Shown: one piece after another, positions 31,097-40,947 of the stretch
Layout of the letters: every line of letters begins with the position of its first letter
How positions within the stretch are numbered: the stretch's first letter is position 1
Source of the DNA: Candidatus Multivoradales bacterium
GTDB taxonomy: Bacteria > Acidobacteriota > Thermoanaerobaculia > Multivoradales > J023
Reading direction: 5' to 3'
Assembly: GCA_965248925.1 (NCBI GenBank)
Contig: CBDFLE010000005.1
Location: 1,792,001-1,856,000 of the forward strand
DNA: 64,000 nucleotides
Translations under genes and position numbers: made by a program
The notes under the pieces: model-generated
What the model was told of the DNA's origin: nothing
Seen by the model: the letters and a program-made list of their open reading frames with translations, nothing else
The model's database searches: none

Positions 31097-31786
31097 ATGA
31101 TGCGACGTTTCGTATCGAGGGTCCTCGCCGTGGCGCTGCTGGTTTCCGCTGGCTGCGCGGCAGCGCGAGCCGAGGGCACCGCGGCGTTGACCGACGCCGA
31201 GATCGAGACGGCGTTCGCCGCCGGCTGTAGCCGGGCTCATCGCATCGAGCATTACCGAGGGGTGGGCAATCGCCACCAGGTGATCGGCCCTCTTTGGTTG
31301 GAGAAGCCCGGGGAGGACCCTCCGCGGGGGGTGATCCTGCCGCCTTTCTTGCGCGTCTTTCTGGAAGGGCGGTCCCGGCGCTGCAAGAAATTCGATGTCG
31401 AAGCTTTGCGCCCCTTAGCAGAGGCTGAGATCTGGGTTGTTCTATGGCGCCATGAAGATCCACCGAGCCCGCCGTTTCGGTCGTACACCACGTCCGATCA
31501 GAAGGTGCTGCGCCCGACCGAAGTGAGGCACCGAGCAGACGACACTTGGCACCAGCCGCTGTGGACGCGAAGCGAAGACCGCTGGATCCTCCGCTGGTTT
31601 GCCCACGACTGGAACGAGAAAGAGAGCCTACTGGCGTCTTTCGCCCAACTGGATGAGACCGGCGCTCTGCATGTGGACTACAAGGTCGAAGAGAACGGCC
31701 GTTCCTATCTCCGGGAGTCGGCGGTGTTTCCCTTGACCTCCTACAGCAAGACCTGGTGGACCGCGGCCTTTGGAGAGGCGCCATGA
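31097..31786 (+). CDS. Hypothetical exported protein
   Basis: AGGAG RBS, signal peptide, ATGA overlap with next gene. Confidence 0.65.
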   Translation: MMRRFVSRVLAVALLVSAGCAAARAEGTAALTDAEIETAFAAGCSRAHRIEHYRGVGNRHQVIGPLWLEKPGEDPPRGVILPPFLRVFLEGRSRRCKKFDVEALRPLAEAEIWVVLWRHEDPPSPPFRSYTTSDQKVLRPTEVRHRADDTWHQPLWTRSEDRWILRWFAHDWNEKESLLASFAQLDETGALHVDYKVEENGRSYLRESAVFPLTSYSKTWWTAAFGEAP

Positions 31787-32520
31787 TCTCTAAGCTCCAG
31801 CAATTACCTGAGTGGTTCTTCATCCTCGCATTTCTCGCGCTGGTGGTGGTGTTGTGGATCTACGCGGCGCGTCACTGGAAGAACCGAAAGGAAGAGCTCA
31901 AGATCTTGATGCCGAATCTTGGTTATCAACCCATCGCCGAGCCCTCCTATAAGGCCCTCTTGCCGGAGCTTCTATTTCACCCCAACGGCTTCGAATCCAT
32001 GTGGGGGAAGTCCAGTTCGCGCTTTGTGGAGAATGACATTAGGGCCTTTGTGCCCTCGGCTTGGACCGGCCACTTAGGAAGGCGCGAGGTGACCGTATTG
32101 GACGCTTCCATCAGCCGCCGAAGCGCCAAGAGTGAACGGGAGGTCGGTAAATCGATCAAGAACCGGGACTTCACCGTGATCAGTTGCCGTCCGGACGGTG
32201 ATCGGGTTCCTCCCGACTTTCTCATTGAAGAGAGGGTTCTCTTTAAGGGGCAAGTCAGGGGTGAGCGCTCGGTGAATGGCCCCGCCTTGATGGGAAAGCA
32301 CTACTTTCTTTTCTCCGACGCTCCCCAAGAGGAACTGGAACCTTGGATTACTCCGCGCCTTCGCGACCAGCTGGGCCAAGTTCGTTTGTGGGACTTGGCG
32401 GTGCACCGAGGGGTGTTTTACTTGACGCGAACCACCTTTTACCCCGAGAAGGCTGCCGCGATCCCCGATTTCTTGAGGGAAGGGGAAGCCTTGCTCGCGG
32501 GGCTCTTCGCTGCCCAATGA
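31783..32520 (+). CDS. Hypothetical protein with N-terminal TM helix
   Basis: WFFILAFLALVVVLWIYA helix; GGAG RBS. Confidence 0.65.
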   Translation: MISKLQQLPEWFFILAFLALVVVLWIYAARHWKNRKEELKILMPNLGYQPIAEPSYKALLPELLFHPNGFESMWGKSSSRFVENDIRAFVPSAWTGHLGRREVTVLDASISRRSAKSEREVGKSIKNRDFTVISCRPDGDRVPPDFLIEERVLFKGQVRGERSVNGPALMGKHYFLFSDAPQEELEPWITPRLRDQLGQVRLWDLAVHRGVFYLTRTTFYPEKAAAIPDFLREGEALLAGLFAAQ

Positions 32521-32974
32521 TGGGATTTCGAGAGTAACTTAAAGTCGAAGGAAAGATTCAATTGAAAAATGAGATCCATACGACGGACGCCAAGGAGGAT
32601 ATCCGGCTAACGGGTAGTTGGGGTCACTACTTGGTCGTAGATGCCGCCTAGGAACTAGCTGCGGCGGACACTGCCCGAGCATGTCGGTCTCGGTTCCGGC
32701 GCTTTGAGTGAGCCTCCCAATCTCTGACTGGCAGGGGCTCGGCAAGAAATCCTGGGTGCATGGCCCGATCCGTCCGCCTTGTGTCCGTTAACGGTCTCTT
32801 GCTTGAGGATCCGAGGGATATATAATGTCCGATATGGACCAGAGCCACTCCGCCGGTCAGATGGCACTGAAAGCTCAAGGCTATCTGGCGATTCCCAGTT
32901 CACCGGTGTTTCGCAGTCAGCGCTCCGCCGATTTCGGAAGCCGTTGGCAGCGCTAGAGACTTGGAGAGGTTTTG

Positions 32975-33280
32975 ATGATTGTCCGAATCTGGCACGGTCG
33001 TACCCAGCGGAGCAGCGCAGAAGAGTACTCGAGGTTTCTCGAGAAGCGGGCTATTCCTGACTATCGGTCAGTGGCCGACATCATCGAGGTGCAGGTGCTC
33101 CGTCGCGATGATGGAGAGGTGACTCACTTCCTTACAGTGACGCGCTGGGAGTCCGAAGAAGCGATCCGGTCGTTCGCTGGGCTGGATATCCTCAAGGCGA
33201 AGTACTACCCCGAAGACGACGATTTTCTGCTCGAGTTCGAACCTGAGGTCCAGCACTTTGAGATTGTTGCCACCGGCTAG
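32975..33280 (+). CDS. Antibiotic biosynthesis monooxygenase (ABM)-like protein
   Basis: MIVRIWHGRT, AIPDY, HFLTVTRWES.EAIRSFAG, KAKYYPEDDDFLLE. Confidence 0.85.
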   Translation: MIVRIWHGRTQRSSAEEYSRFLEKRAIPDYRSVADIIEVQVLRRDDGEVTHFLTVTRWESEEAIRSFAGLDILKAKYYPEDDDFLLEFEPEVQHFEIVATG

Positions 33281-33339
33281 CGTTGGCAGCCGGGTGAGCG
33301 AGCCGTGCATCGACATCGTTGGGAAACCCGAGCAGCGAG

Positions 33340-33935
33340 CCCCCTTTTCGGCGTCGCATGGTTGCCCTTGTTAGGCCCTAACTATCCGTTAGGCCGATGA
33401 CCATAGCTAAGTACTCTAGTGATTTGCCAATGGCCGTTTTGATTTCTCCACACACTTACGAAATCTGCCAGCCCTTCGCAATCACTACTATCAAATTGGA
33501 AAAACCGATGAGAACCAAGAGCAATGGCGCCGAAGCCTTTTATTGGGAAAACCTTTAACGTTTCCGGAACGAGCACGCGCCGGAAATTGCCGCACACATA
33601 TTTCTCTGTATTGGCGATCATCTCCTTTCGTGACCAAGTAACTCCGCCATTGTCGTGATAAAACTCAACGCCTGCTGCAAAATAGCTGGCATGCTTTTCA
33701 AGCTGTGCTAGAGAGCTGCAATTGTTAAAAGCGTTGAATACAGCAGTGTCAAGTTTTGAGATAGTTTCATACAATGGATCGGCGACTTGAGCAGTGACGG
33801 ATTGCTCGCCAGCGGCTGAGCAACCGGAGACTGCCAGCGTCATGACAGAGAAAAATAATCTAAAGTGTGTGCTGCGATTTTTCATGTGATCTCCGTACAG
33901 ATTATGAGGGCCTAACGAGACTGCAGGTTAACCCA
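33340..33935 (-). mobile_element. Probable integron gene-cassette remnant
   Basis: Minus strand: GTTAGGC(CC) core site about 25 nt before ATG, (GG)GCCTAAC inverse core just after the stop, followed by a half attC-like arm. Confidence 0.55.
33382..33885 (-). CDS. Nuclear transport factor 2 / DUF4440 family exported protein
   Basis: LDTAVFNAFNNC, VEFYHDNGG, GAIALGSHRF, WQITRVLSYGH; visibly AT-richer than flanks. Confidence 0.85.
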   Translation of the reverse strand: MKNRSTHFRLFFSVMTLAVSGCSAAGEQSVTAQVADPLYETISKLDTAVFNAFNNCSSLAQLEKHASYFAAGVEFYHDNGGVTWSRKEMIANTEKYVCGNFRRVLVPETLKVFPIKGFGAIALGSHRFFQFDSSDCEGLADFVSVWRNQNGHWQITRVLSYGHRPNG

Positions 33936-34074
33936 GGGTGAAAAACTGGCCGGCTCCTTGGCACCGGGGCGACGACCAGAACGGTGAGCGCAGCCGATGC
34001 CCGAGCCAGCATATGCCCAATTACCATGAGGTTACTTAACCACGCGATGATCCGCGCCCGCAAGCTTTTGGGCG

Positions 34075-34929
34075 TCAGTCGACGCGTGACTCGTCCGGCA
34101 CGTGATAGCCGAGCGCGGTGAGCAAGCGCACGCTGGCCTCGAACCGGGCCCGGGTGAAATCCTTGTGGTCGAACGGGTCGTCGGCAAACAGGACTGTGGC
34201 GAAGCACACCCGCGTCTCCCCATCGAGGCAGCCGGTATACCAACCGCGATTGGTGTCCGACGCGCGGCGGAACCACCCGGTCTTGCCGCGCAACACCGCG
34301 ACGTCATCGCGACTGCGCTCGGTCATGGCGAGGACGTGGTCGGTCGCCGCCTGGCTCACCCCGAACTCACCGTCGTGAAACCGATGCCAAAACGTGACCT
34401 GCTCGACGGCGGAGATTCGCAGAGACGCATCGAGCCAGAACACATCCACCGCGCCGCCGATGGTTCGATTGCCGTAGTCGAAGCGCTCCAGAGCGGCTTG
34501 CATACGTTCGACACCGACCATCCGCGCAACGGCCTGGAAGTACCATACCACCGAGTGGCGAATCGCCGACGCGAGGCTGTGATCGCGGTTCCATGTGTCG
34601 AGCCAGCGTTCCTCGCCATCCCACGGCAACTCGTGCTGTGGCCCGTCGAGCACACCGTAGTCGAGGGCGAGCAGCGCGTTCGGAACTTTGAATGTAGACG
34701 CTGGCGGAAAGCGTTCGTCGCACAGGACACCGCCGACACACACGAGCGTATCGGCGCCGACCTCGCGGGCGACGAACACGCCTTCGTAGCCGGACTCGAG
34801 CAAGATTGGCATGAGGTCGTCTCGGGCTGGATCGTACGGCCCGGAACTCTCGGAGCTCTCGGGGCTCGACGAGCACGCAGCCAGCGCCGCCAACACGCAC
34901 ACCCAGAGATGAAGCTGCAGCCTCGTCAT
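34075..34929 (-). CDS. Class D beta-lactamase-like lipoprotein
   Basis: PASTFK, SVV, YGN, FWLD, GKTG motifs in the OXA order; LAAC lipobox. Confidence 0.9.
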   Translation of the reverse strand: MTRLQLHLWVCVLAALAACSSSPESSESSGPYDPARDDLMPILLESGYEGVFVAREVGADTLVCVGGVLCDERFPPASTFKVPNALLALDYGVLDGPQHELPWDGEERWLDTWNRDHSLASAIRHSVVWYFQAVARMVGVERMQAALERFDYGNRTIGGAVDVFWLDASLRISAVEQVTFWHRFHDGEFGVSQAATDHVLAMTERSRDDVAVLRGKTGWFRRASDTNRGWYTGCLDGETRVCFATVLFADDPFDHKDFTRARFEASVRLLTALGYHVPDESRVD

Positions 34930-34985
34930 GAACCAACCAACGTACGACCCGTGCCGACTATTCCCGGACTACCACCACTCGCATC

Positions 34986-35309
34986 GTGACACCTGCACGA
35001 GTCACCGCCCACCCCGACTTCGGCAGCCAGACCTACGACGTCCTCGACATTTCGTTCGAGGCGATCGCGGAGGTCGACTTCGTCTACATTCAGCGAGGTA
35101 CCGAGGCGCTCACCGTCGGGTCGTTGCGGCGTTTTGTCCTCACCCAGGACACCGGAGGTGCGATTCGCTGGGCCCACCGTGCCGACTTCCTCTGGGGACG
35201 GGGCGACGACGACGCAATGCGCGCCGGAGTGATAAAGCAGCCAGGAAAGCTGTACGTCCTGATGGCGAAGACGGCCACACCGGCGCCTGCACAGCCGTCA
35301 GAGAGGTAG
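34986..35309 (+). CDS. Hypothetical protein (possibly fragment)
   Basis: ORF with GC3-rich codon usage; no recognised motif. Confidence 0.4.
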   Translation: MTPARVTAHPDFGSQTYDVLDISFEAIAEVDFVYIQRGTEALTVGSLRRFVLTQDTGGAIRWAHRADFLWGRGDDDAMRAGVIKQPGKLYVLMAKTATPAPAQPSER

Positions 35310-35454
35310 CGCTCGGAGAACCAGACTGCCAGCTTGTGTGGCTGTATCTATCTTCAAGGCGCTGGCGAGGTGCTGCCGCCGAGCCCTGGGATTTGGCCCG
35401 ATCCGTCCACTTCGTGTCCGCTTGCAGCCTTGCGATTAAAGATTCGACATCCTT

Positions 35455-36456
35455 ATGATGTCCGAGATGGACCGCACCCATGCTACCGAACCTCTCGACC
35501 CACGGCCCCGGCGGCAGGTCGCTTTCCTGTTGCTGCCGGACGCCCACCTGCTCGATCTCGCCGGGGCGACGCAGGCCTTCTACGAGGCGGACCGTTTGGG
35601 AGGCCGCTACCGGCTCCGCCACGTTGGGGTCGAGCCGGAGGTGGTTACGGCCCAAGGGCTCGTGCTCGCCGGGCTCGAGCCGCTGTCAGAGGTTGGCCCG
35701 GAGGACATCGTCGTCGTCCCCGGTACCGACTCGGAGCGGCTCGACGACCTCGCCCCGGCGGTGCCGCGGGAGTGGCTGGCGGCCGCGCACGCCGCGGGAG
35801 CGACCGTCTGCTCGGTCTGCACCGGCGCTTTCGCCCTCGGGCTCGCCGGCCTCCTCGAAGGCCGCGAGTGCACCAGCCACTGGCGCATCGTGGCGCGCTT
35901 GGCGCGCCAGTTCCCGCGCGCCCGCGTGCTCGAGGACCGGCTGTTCGTCAAGAACGACCGTGTCTACACCAGCGCCGGCGTCGCCTCGGGGATCGACCTC
36001 GCCCTGTCGATAATCGAGGACGACAACGGCCCCCTGGTTGCCGCGCGGGTGGCCCGCGAACTCGTCGTCTACATGCGCCGCAACGGCTCGAACGGGCAGC
36101 AGAGCGTCTTTCTCGACTACCGCACCCATCTGCACCTGGGCGTGCACCGGGTCCAGGACTGGCTCTTGGCGCACCCAAGCTTCAGCCCGACACTCGCCGA
36201 ACTCGCCGCCATCGCCGGGATGAGCCCCCGCCACCTCACTCGCAGGTTCCGCGACCTCACCGGCATCAGCGTCAAGGAATTCTCCCATGCGCTCAAACTC
36301 GCGGTGGCGCAGAACCTCCTCTGTAACCCCAGCCTGACCATCGCCGCCGTCGCGAGCCGTTGCGGGTTTGACGATGCGCGGCAGCTTCGCCGCCTCTGGC
36401 GGCGCCACTTTCAGACCAGCCCCGCGGCCTGGCGCGAGCGTGAACTCGCCACCTGA
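35455..36456 (+). CDS. GlxA-family (DJ-1/PfpI + AraC) transcriptional regulator
   Basis: SVCTGAFALGLAGLLEGRECTSHW, TSAGVASGIDLAL, MSPRHLTRRF, CGF. Confidence 0.93.
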   Translation: MMSEMDRTHATEPLDPRPRRQVAFLLLPDAHLLDLAGATQAFYEADRLGGRYRLRHVGVEPEVVTAQGLVLAGLEPLSEVGPEDIVVVPGTDSERLDDLAPAVPREWLAAAHAAGATVCSVCTGAFALGLAGLLEGRECTSHWRIVARLARQFPRARVLEDRLFVKNDRVYTSAGVASGIDLALSIIEDDNGPLVAARVARELVVYMRRNGSNGQQSVFLDYRTHLHLGVHRVQDWLLAHPSFSPTLAELAAIAGMSPRHLTRRFRDLTGISVKEFSHALKLAVAQNLLCNPSLTIAAVASRCGFDDARQLRRLWRRHFQTSPAAWRERELAT

Positions 36457-36458
36457 CC

Positions 36459-38594
36459 GTGACAGGAGACCGTATCGTGCCCAGCTCCCGACTCGTGCCC
36501 GTCCTGCTCGCCCTCGCTGTCCTCGTCCCGTTGGCCGCTCCGGCGGCGGAGCCCGCGCCCGAGGCCGGCTGGGTCTGCCCGCCCTGTGTCCACAGCGACC
36601 TCGACAGGATCTACGACGAACCCGGCCAATGCCCGATCTGCGGCATGCGCCTGATTCCCCGGAGCGAGCTGGTCTACGCCGCCATTCTCGTCTTCGACGG
36701 CGTCCAGATCATCGACTTCGCCGCTCCCTACGAGGTCTTCGGACAGGCCGGCTTTTACGCCTACACCGTCTCGCCCGACGGCGGCCCGATCACCACTACC
36801 ATGGACATGCATGTGACACCGCACTACGGGCTCGACGACGCTCCCCGGCCCGATGTCCTACTGGTCCCCGGAGGCCAGGTCGACGAAATGCGCGCCGACG
36901 AGAGAGTGCTCGCCTGGATCCGGGAGAGCGCCGCCAGGGCCGACCATGTGCTGTCCGTCTGCACCGGCGCCTTTCTTCTGGCCGAAGCAGGGCTGCTCGA
37001 CGGCACCCCTGCCACTACTTTCCACAACGCCCTGGACGATCTCGCCGTCGCCTTTCCCGCCGTGGAGGTGGTCCGCGGGGTCCGCTTCGTCGATAACGGC
37101 AAGGTCGTCACAGCGGCGGGCCTGTCAGCCGGCCTCGACGCGGCGATCCATCTGGTGAAGGAGATCCAAGGCCCGCAGGCGGCCCGGAGACTTGCCGAGC
37201 ACATCGAGTACGCGTGGGATGGTGAGCCTGGTGAGCCGGAGCCGGTGGGGCGGAAGCTGTCCGCCGAACGGCTCCACGCCTACGACGGGGTCTACGAGTT
37301 CGAAGGCGGGGGGCGAGCGACCCTCGCCGGGTCGCCTAAGGACCGCGCTCTGTACGCCTTCATCGAAGGTGCACGCTACCCGCTCGTGGCGCTCGCCGCC
37401 GACGCCTTCCTCGCCACCAATGGCAAAGAGCTGCTCTTCGTTCGCGGCGAGGACGGGGAGGTCGAGGGCTATCGGACGCGGGGAGACGACTCGGCGGGAG
37501 TCTACCGGCGGCTGGAGCAGGGGGTCGAGCTGCCGGCGAGCACCTGGTTCGCGCGCCCGCAGGCCCGGGAGGGTGCCTTCCAGTACGAGTATTCGCCGCC
37601 GCCTGACCTCGGCGACGGTCTCGCCGTCGGCACGCTCGCCGGCACCGGACTCTCCCCGGACCTGCTGCAGGATCTGGTCGAACGCATCGTCGACGGCACC
37701 TACCCCGACATCCACAGCTTGCTGATCGCCAAGGACGGCAAGCTCGTCATCGAGGAGTATTTCTACCAGTACGGGCACGGGACAGCGCATCAGCTCCGCT
37801 CGGCCACCAAGAGCGTCGTCTCGGCGCTGGTGGGCATCGCTATCGAGCAGGGGCTGATCACCGGGGTCGAGGCGAGGGTCCTGCCCTTCTTCGAGGAGTA
37901 CCAGCTGCTCGCCAACCCGGCGGACGAGAAGGCGGCAATCCGCATCGTCGATCTCCTCACCCAACGCTCCGGCCTCGACTGCGACGACTGGGATGCCGGC
38001 TCGCCGGGCAACGAGGTTCGGATGATCGAGACGGAGGACTGGGTGCGATTCGTCCTCGACCTGCCAATGGCTGCCCCGCCGGGGCAGGTTACTTCGTACT
38101 GCTCCGGCGGCGTGATCCTGCTGGGGAGGATCGTCGAGAAGGTCACCGGTATGCTGCTCCCAGCGTTTGCCGAGAAGTACCTCTTCGGGCCTTTGGGGAT
38201 CAGCGACTACCGCTGGCGCTTCGCGCCCGACCACTCCAGCGTGCAGACCTTCTGCCAGCTTTCCTTACCGCCGCGCGACATGATGAAGCTCGGCATGCTC
38301 TTCGCCGCCGGCGGCCGCTGGAACGGACTGCAGGTTCTCTCTGAGGCGTGGATCCGGGAATCGACCGGCAAGCACTCGCGCCTCGATGGCTCGGACTACG
38401 GCTACCTCTGGTGGCACCACGATCTGGAGGGCGGCGGCACGAAGAGGCATGCGCTCCTCGCCACCGGCAACGGCGGCCAGAAGATCCATCTCTGGGAGGA
38501 ACTCGGCCTGATCACCGTGCTTACCGGCGGCTACTACAACCGCCAGTCCCCGGCCAACGAGATCCTCAGCCGCTACGTACTCGCCTCATTCTGA
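36459..38594 (+). CDS. Exported fusion: heavy-metal-binding motif + DJ-1/PfpI + class C-like serine hydrolase
   Basis: CPPC..PGQCPICGM; IDFAAPYEVF, SVCTGA; RSATKS, SYCSG, YGYLWW, ATGNGGQ. Confidence 0.85.
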   Translation: MTGDRIVPSSRLVPVLLALAVLVPLAAPAAEPAPEAGWVCPPCVHSDLDRIYDEPGQCPICGMRLIPRSELVYAAILVFDGVQIIDFAAPYEVFGQAGFYAYTVSPDGGPITTTMDMHVTPHYGLDDAPRPDVLLVPGGQVDEMRADERVLAWIRESAARADHVLSVCTGAFLLAEAGLLDGTPATTFHNALDDLAVAFPAVEVVRGVRFVDNGKVVTAAGLSAGLDAAIHLVKEIQGPQAARRLAEHIEYAWDGEPGEPEPVGRKLSAERLHAYDGVYEFEGGGRATLAGSPKDRALYAFIEGARYPLVALAADAFLATNGKELLFVRGEDGEVEGYRTRGDDSAGVYRRLEQGVELPASTWFARPQAREGAFQYEYSPPPDLGDGLAVGTLAGTGLSPDLLQDLVERIVDGTYPDIHSLLIAKDGKLVIEEYFYQYGHGTAHQLRSATKSVVSALVGIAIEQGLITGVEARVLPFFEEYQLLANPADEKAAIRIVDLLTQRSGLDCDDWDAGSPGNEVRMIETEDWVRFVLDLPMAAPPGQVTSYCSGGVILLGRIVEKVTGMLLPAFAEKYLFGPLGISDYRWRFAPDHSSVQTFCQLSLPPRDMMKLGMLFAAGGRWNGLQVLSEAWIRESTGKHSRLDGSDYGYLWWHHDLEGGGTKRHALLATGNGGQKIHLWEELGLITVLTGGYYNRQSPANEILSRYVLASF

Positions 38595-38829
38595 GCTGAG
38601 GCGGGGCAGGTGGTGGCGACCGGTCCATGCCTGGGGCGCTCCGGGCGTTAACGGCACCGTTCTCAACCTACCAAAGTTCGCCGAAGCCATCGCGAGAGGT
38701 CTGCAAGGTCTGGTAGTGAGCGGCGCCGGCCGTGCGCTTCTCGGGTGGAGTGCGTTTGAGTCATTGAAGCCCGACAGCAAGCATCAGGGCGGAAACCACC
38801 GGACCCATGAGGGGCCAAAGGAGACGAAC

Positions 38830-39348
38830 GTGAGGTTGAAGCAGACGATCCTTGTACTCGGAGGACTCATCCCGCTGCTCGTAGCGGGATGCGCGGCAGC
38901 CGCAGTGGATCAGTGCACTGTGGAGATGTCGGGAGAGACTCGCTCCTTCGACAACGTGTACGCGGTGCGCGCGCACGACCCCTACGACCTCGATGATTCA
39001 ACTCGCCTAACGCGCCTGCTCTGCTTCGAGGCAGAAATTCCACAGCCAGCCTTGGCGACGGAAGAGAACCTCATGAAGTGGATGAGACAAGAAGAACCCA
39101 ACGGCCTGGTGATCGAAATTCGAGATACCGGCGACGTGGTCAAGGTTATGAGGATGGAAGATGGGGACTTCCCAGTCCATTGGGGAGGCCCGTTTGGAGG
39201 CTCATCGAAGGTGGGTTTCACCGGCAGCAACGATGCCGAATCGATCATCGGTACGGTGACCACGTCCTCACCGCTGGAAGACGGCAACAGCGGACACAGC
39301 ATCGAGTTGTCCGCCACTCTGGACCATGCCATCGATGTGACCTGGTGA
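38830..39348 (+). CDS. Hypothetical exported protein / lipoprotein
   Basis: AAGGAG RBS, GTG start, signal with VAGC; similar to next ORF. Confidence 0.7.
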   Translation: MRLKQTILVLGGLIPLLVAGCAAAAVDQCTVEMSGETRSFDNVYAVRAHDPYDLDDSTRLTRLLCFEAEIPQPALATEENLMKWMRQEEPNGLVIEIRDTGDVVKVMRMEDGDFPVHWGGPFGGSSKVGFTGSNDAESIIGTVTTSSPLEDGNSGHSIELSATLDHAIDVTW

Positions 39349-39451
39349 CCTGGGCCGATCGGTACCGAGGTGAGCTGCTGGGGAGCTTCTCGAGTACCTC
39401 GAGCAGGAAGGACGCCGGAATGAACAAGCTGGAAACCCAAGGAGAACTCAC

Positions 39452-39928
39452 ATGAAGGTCACTATCTGTGTACTGATTGCACTCGTCTTGAGCTCCGGGG
39501 TTGGCGCTTCGGAGTGCGGCTTGACGGTGGATGGCGAGACGATCGTGTTCCCGCACGTTCTCGCTATCGGCAAGCCGAACGACTTCGATGCCACCAAGGA
39601 AGACGTCACGATCTACTGCTTCCGTGAGGAAGTGCCGGCGGAAAAGCGGTCGCCCTCTGAGCTGATCTGGGTCCACAGGAGCGATCGTATGCGGATCACC
39701 GTCGCCTCCAGCGGGCAGGTCACATGGGTCGAAGTCACCACGGAGGAGCTGAGCGGCTCCATCTCGGGCGTTGGATTCGGAGTCGGGTTCGAGGGCGCCA
39801 GGAAGTCGGGGGGAAACCTGGAAGGCGAGATCACCACCACGAGAGATCTCGTCACGCACTTCGACGGCGAAGAGAGCGCGCCTTGGAGAGTGTCTGCGGG
39901 CCTCGACGTTACGGTGATGTCGGAGTAG
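39452..39928 (+). CDS. Hypothetical exported protein, paralog of upstream gene
   Basis: AAGGAG RBS, signal peptide; C...GET..F..V.A....D.....CF..E.P pattern shared with 38830..39348. Confidence 0.7.
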   Translation: MKVTICVLIALVLSSGVGASECGLTVDGETIVFPHVLAIGKPNDFDATKEDVTIYCFREEVPAEKRSPSELIWVHRSDRMRITVASSGQVTWVEVTTEELSGSISGVGFGVGFEGARKSGGNLEGEITTTRDLVTHFDGEESAPWRVSAGLDVTVMSE

Positions 39929-39970
39929 ACGAGGTGCAAGGTCAAGGTCTGTCGCGGCGCCGCCTAGGCG

Positions 39971-40483
39971 CTACGAGCTCGTCGATGTGTCGATCAGCTC
40001 AGCGAAGCGATTGAGTAGATCCGGCGCATGCTTGGCGAGGTAGGCGGCAACCTCTCGTTGCTCCACATCCGCTCTGACAAGGCGCACGATGTCTGCGCGA
40101 TCCTGGGGACGATTCGCCGAGAGCTTCATCAGGATCAGGGCCTCGGGGGCGATCACATGCACCTCGCCGGCTTTGACGATGGCGAGTTGATCGAGCAGGC
40201 ACGGGTAGGTGTCAGGCACGGCGAGAAGATCGATGACTCCCTTCTCGACGCGGTTCCTCAGCTCCTCGCGGAAGACCAGGGTCGGCGACGTTGTCTCGAA
40301 CGCCTCGGATCCGACGAGGTAGTCCACATCGCTCGTGGCGCGAGGGAAGCCGTTGAGTCCCACGGCGAGTCCGCCGACCAACGCGTGCGGAATCTGGAGC
40401 TTGACCAGCAGTTCCCCCATCTCGATAGCGTCTTCGATGACCCTCGGCGAGACCGCCGCTTCGAGCTCCTGCAGACGGCTCAT
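39971..40483 (-). CDS. Nucleotidyltransferase-fold protein (AbiEii/DUF2204-like)
   Basis: LVGGLAV..RATSDVDYLV (GG..DxD), IDLL, LILMKLSANRPQDRADI. Confidence 0.8.
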   Translation of the reverse strand: MSRLQELEAAVSPRVIEDAIEMGELLVKLQIPHALVGGLAVGLNGFPRATSDVDYLVGSEAFETTSPTLVFREELRNRVEKGVIDLLAVPDTYPCLLDQLAIVKAGEVHVIAPEALILMKLSANRPQDRADIVRLVRADVEQREVAAYLAKHAPDLLNRFAELIDTSTSS

Positions 40484-40941
40484 CCATGTTCCTTGCCGAC
40501 GATGGCCTGCATCCCGTTCTCATATTCGACAGCAGCGAGCGAGCGGGGCCTGCGTTCCGGCGACAGCGCCGCCTGAGCACGAATTCGCTCCCTGAAATCA
40601 GGCTCGACGCGATGAGTGTGGGGCCGAGCCGGCGGCGCCGGCCCAAGCGACTCGGCCCCACTCGGACGGACCCAGTACCGCCCCGGGAACTTCTCGATTC
40701 TGTCCGCCCTGGACGCGACCCGGGCCAGGTCGTAATCTACCTGCAGGTCCATGAACCATTTCGGCGGCACGCCGAAGAACGCTCCGAGCCGCACGGCCGT
40801 GTCCGCAGTGATCGCGCGCTTACCGTGCATGATCTGTGAGATCCGCATCTGGTCGACGGCGATGCTCTTCGCCAGCCGGTAGGGGGTGATGCCCAAGGGG
40901 TCTAGAAAGCGCTTCTTGAGTAGCTCGCCGGGATGCTGCAT
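40480..40941 (-). CDS. HigA-family XRE antitoxin with C-terminal extension
   Basis: HPGELL..FLDPLGITPYRLA..RISQIMHGKRAITADTAVRLGAFFG..WFMDLQVDYDL plus about 80 extra residues. Confidence 0.85.
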   Translation of the reverse strand: MQHPGELLKKRFLDPLGITPYRLAKSIAVDQMRISQIMHGKRAITADTAVRLGAFFGVPPKWFMDLQVDYDLARVASRADRIEKFPGRYWVRPSGAESLGPAPPARPHTHRVEPDFRERIRAQAALSPERRPRSLAAVEYENGMQAIVGKEHG

Positions 40942-40947
40942 GTTCCA

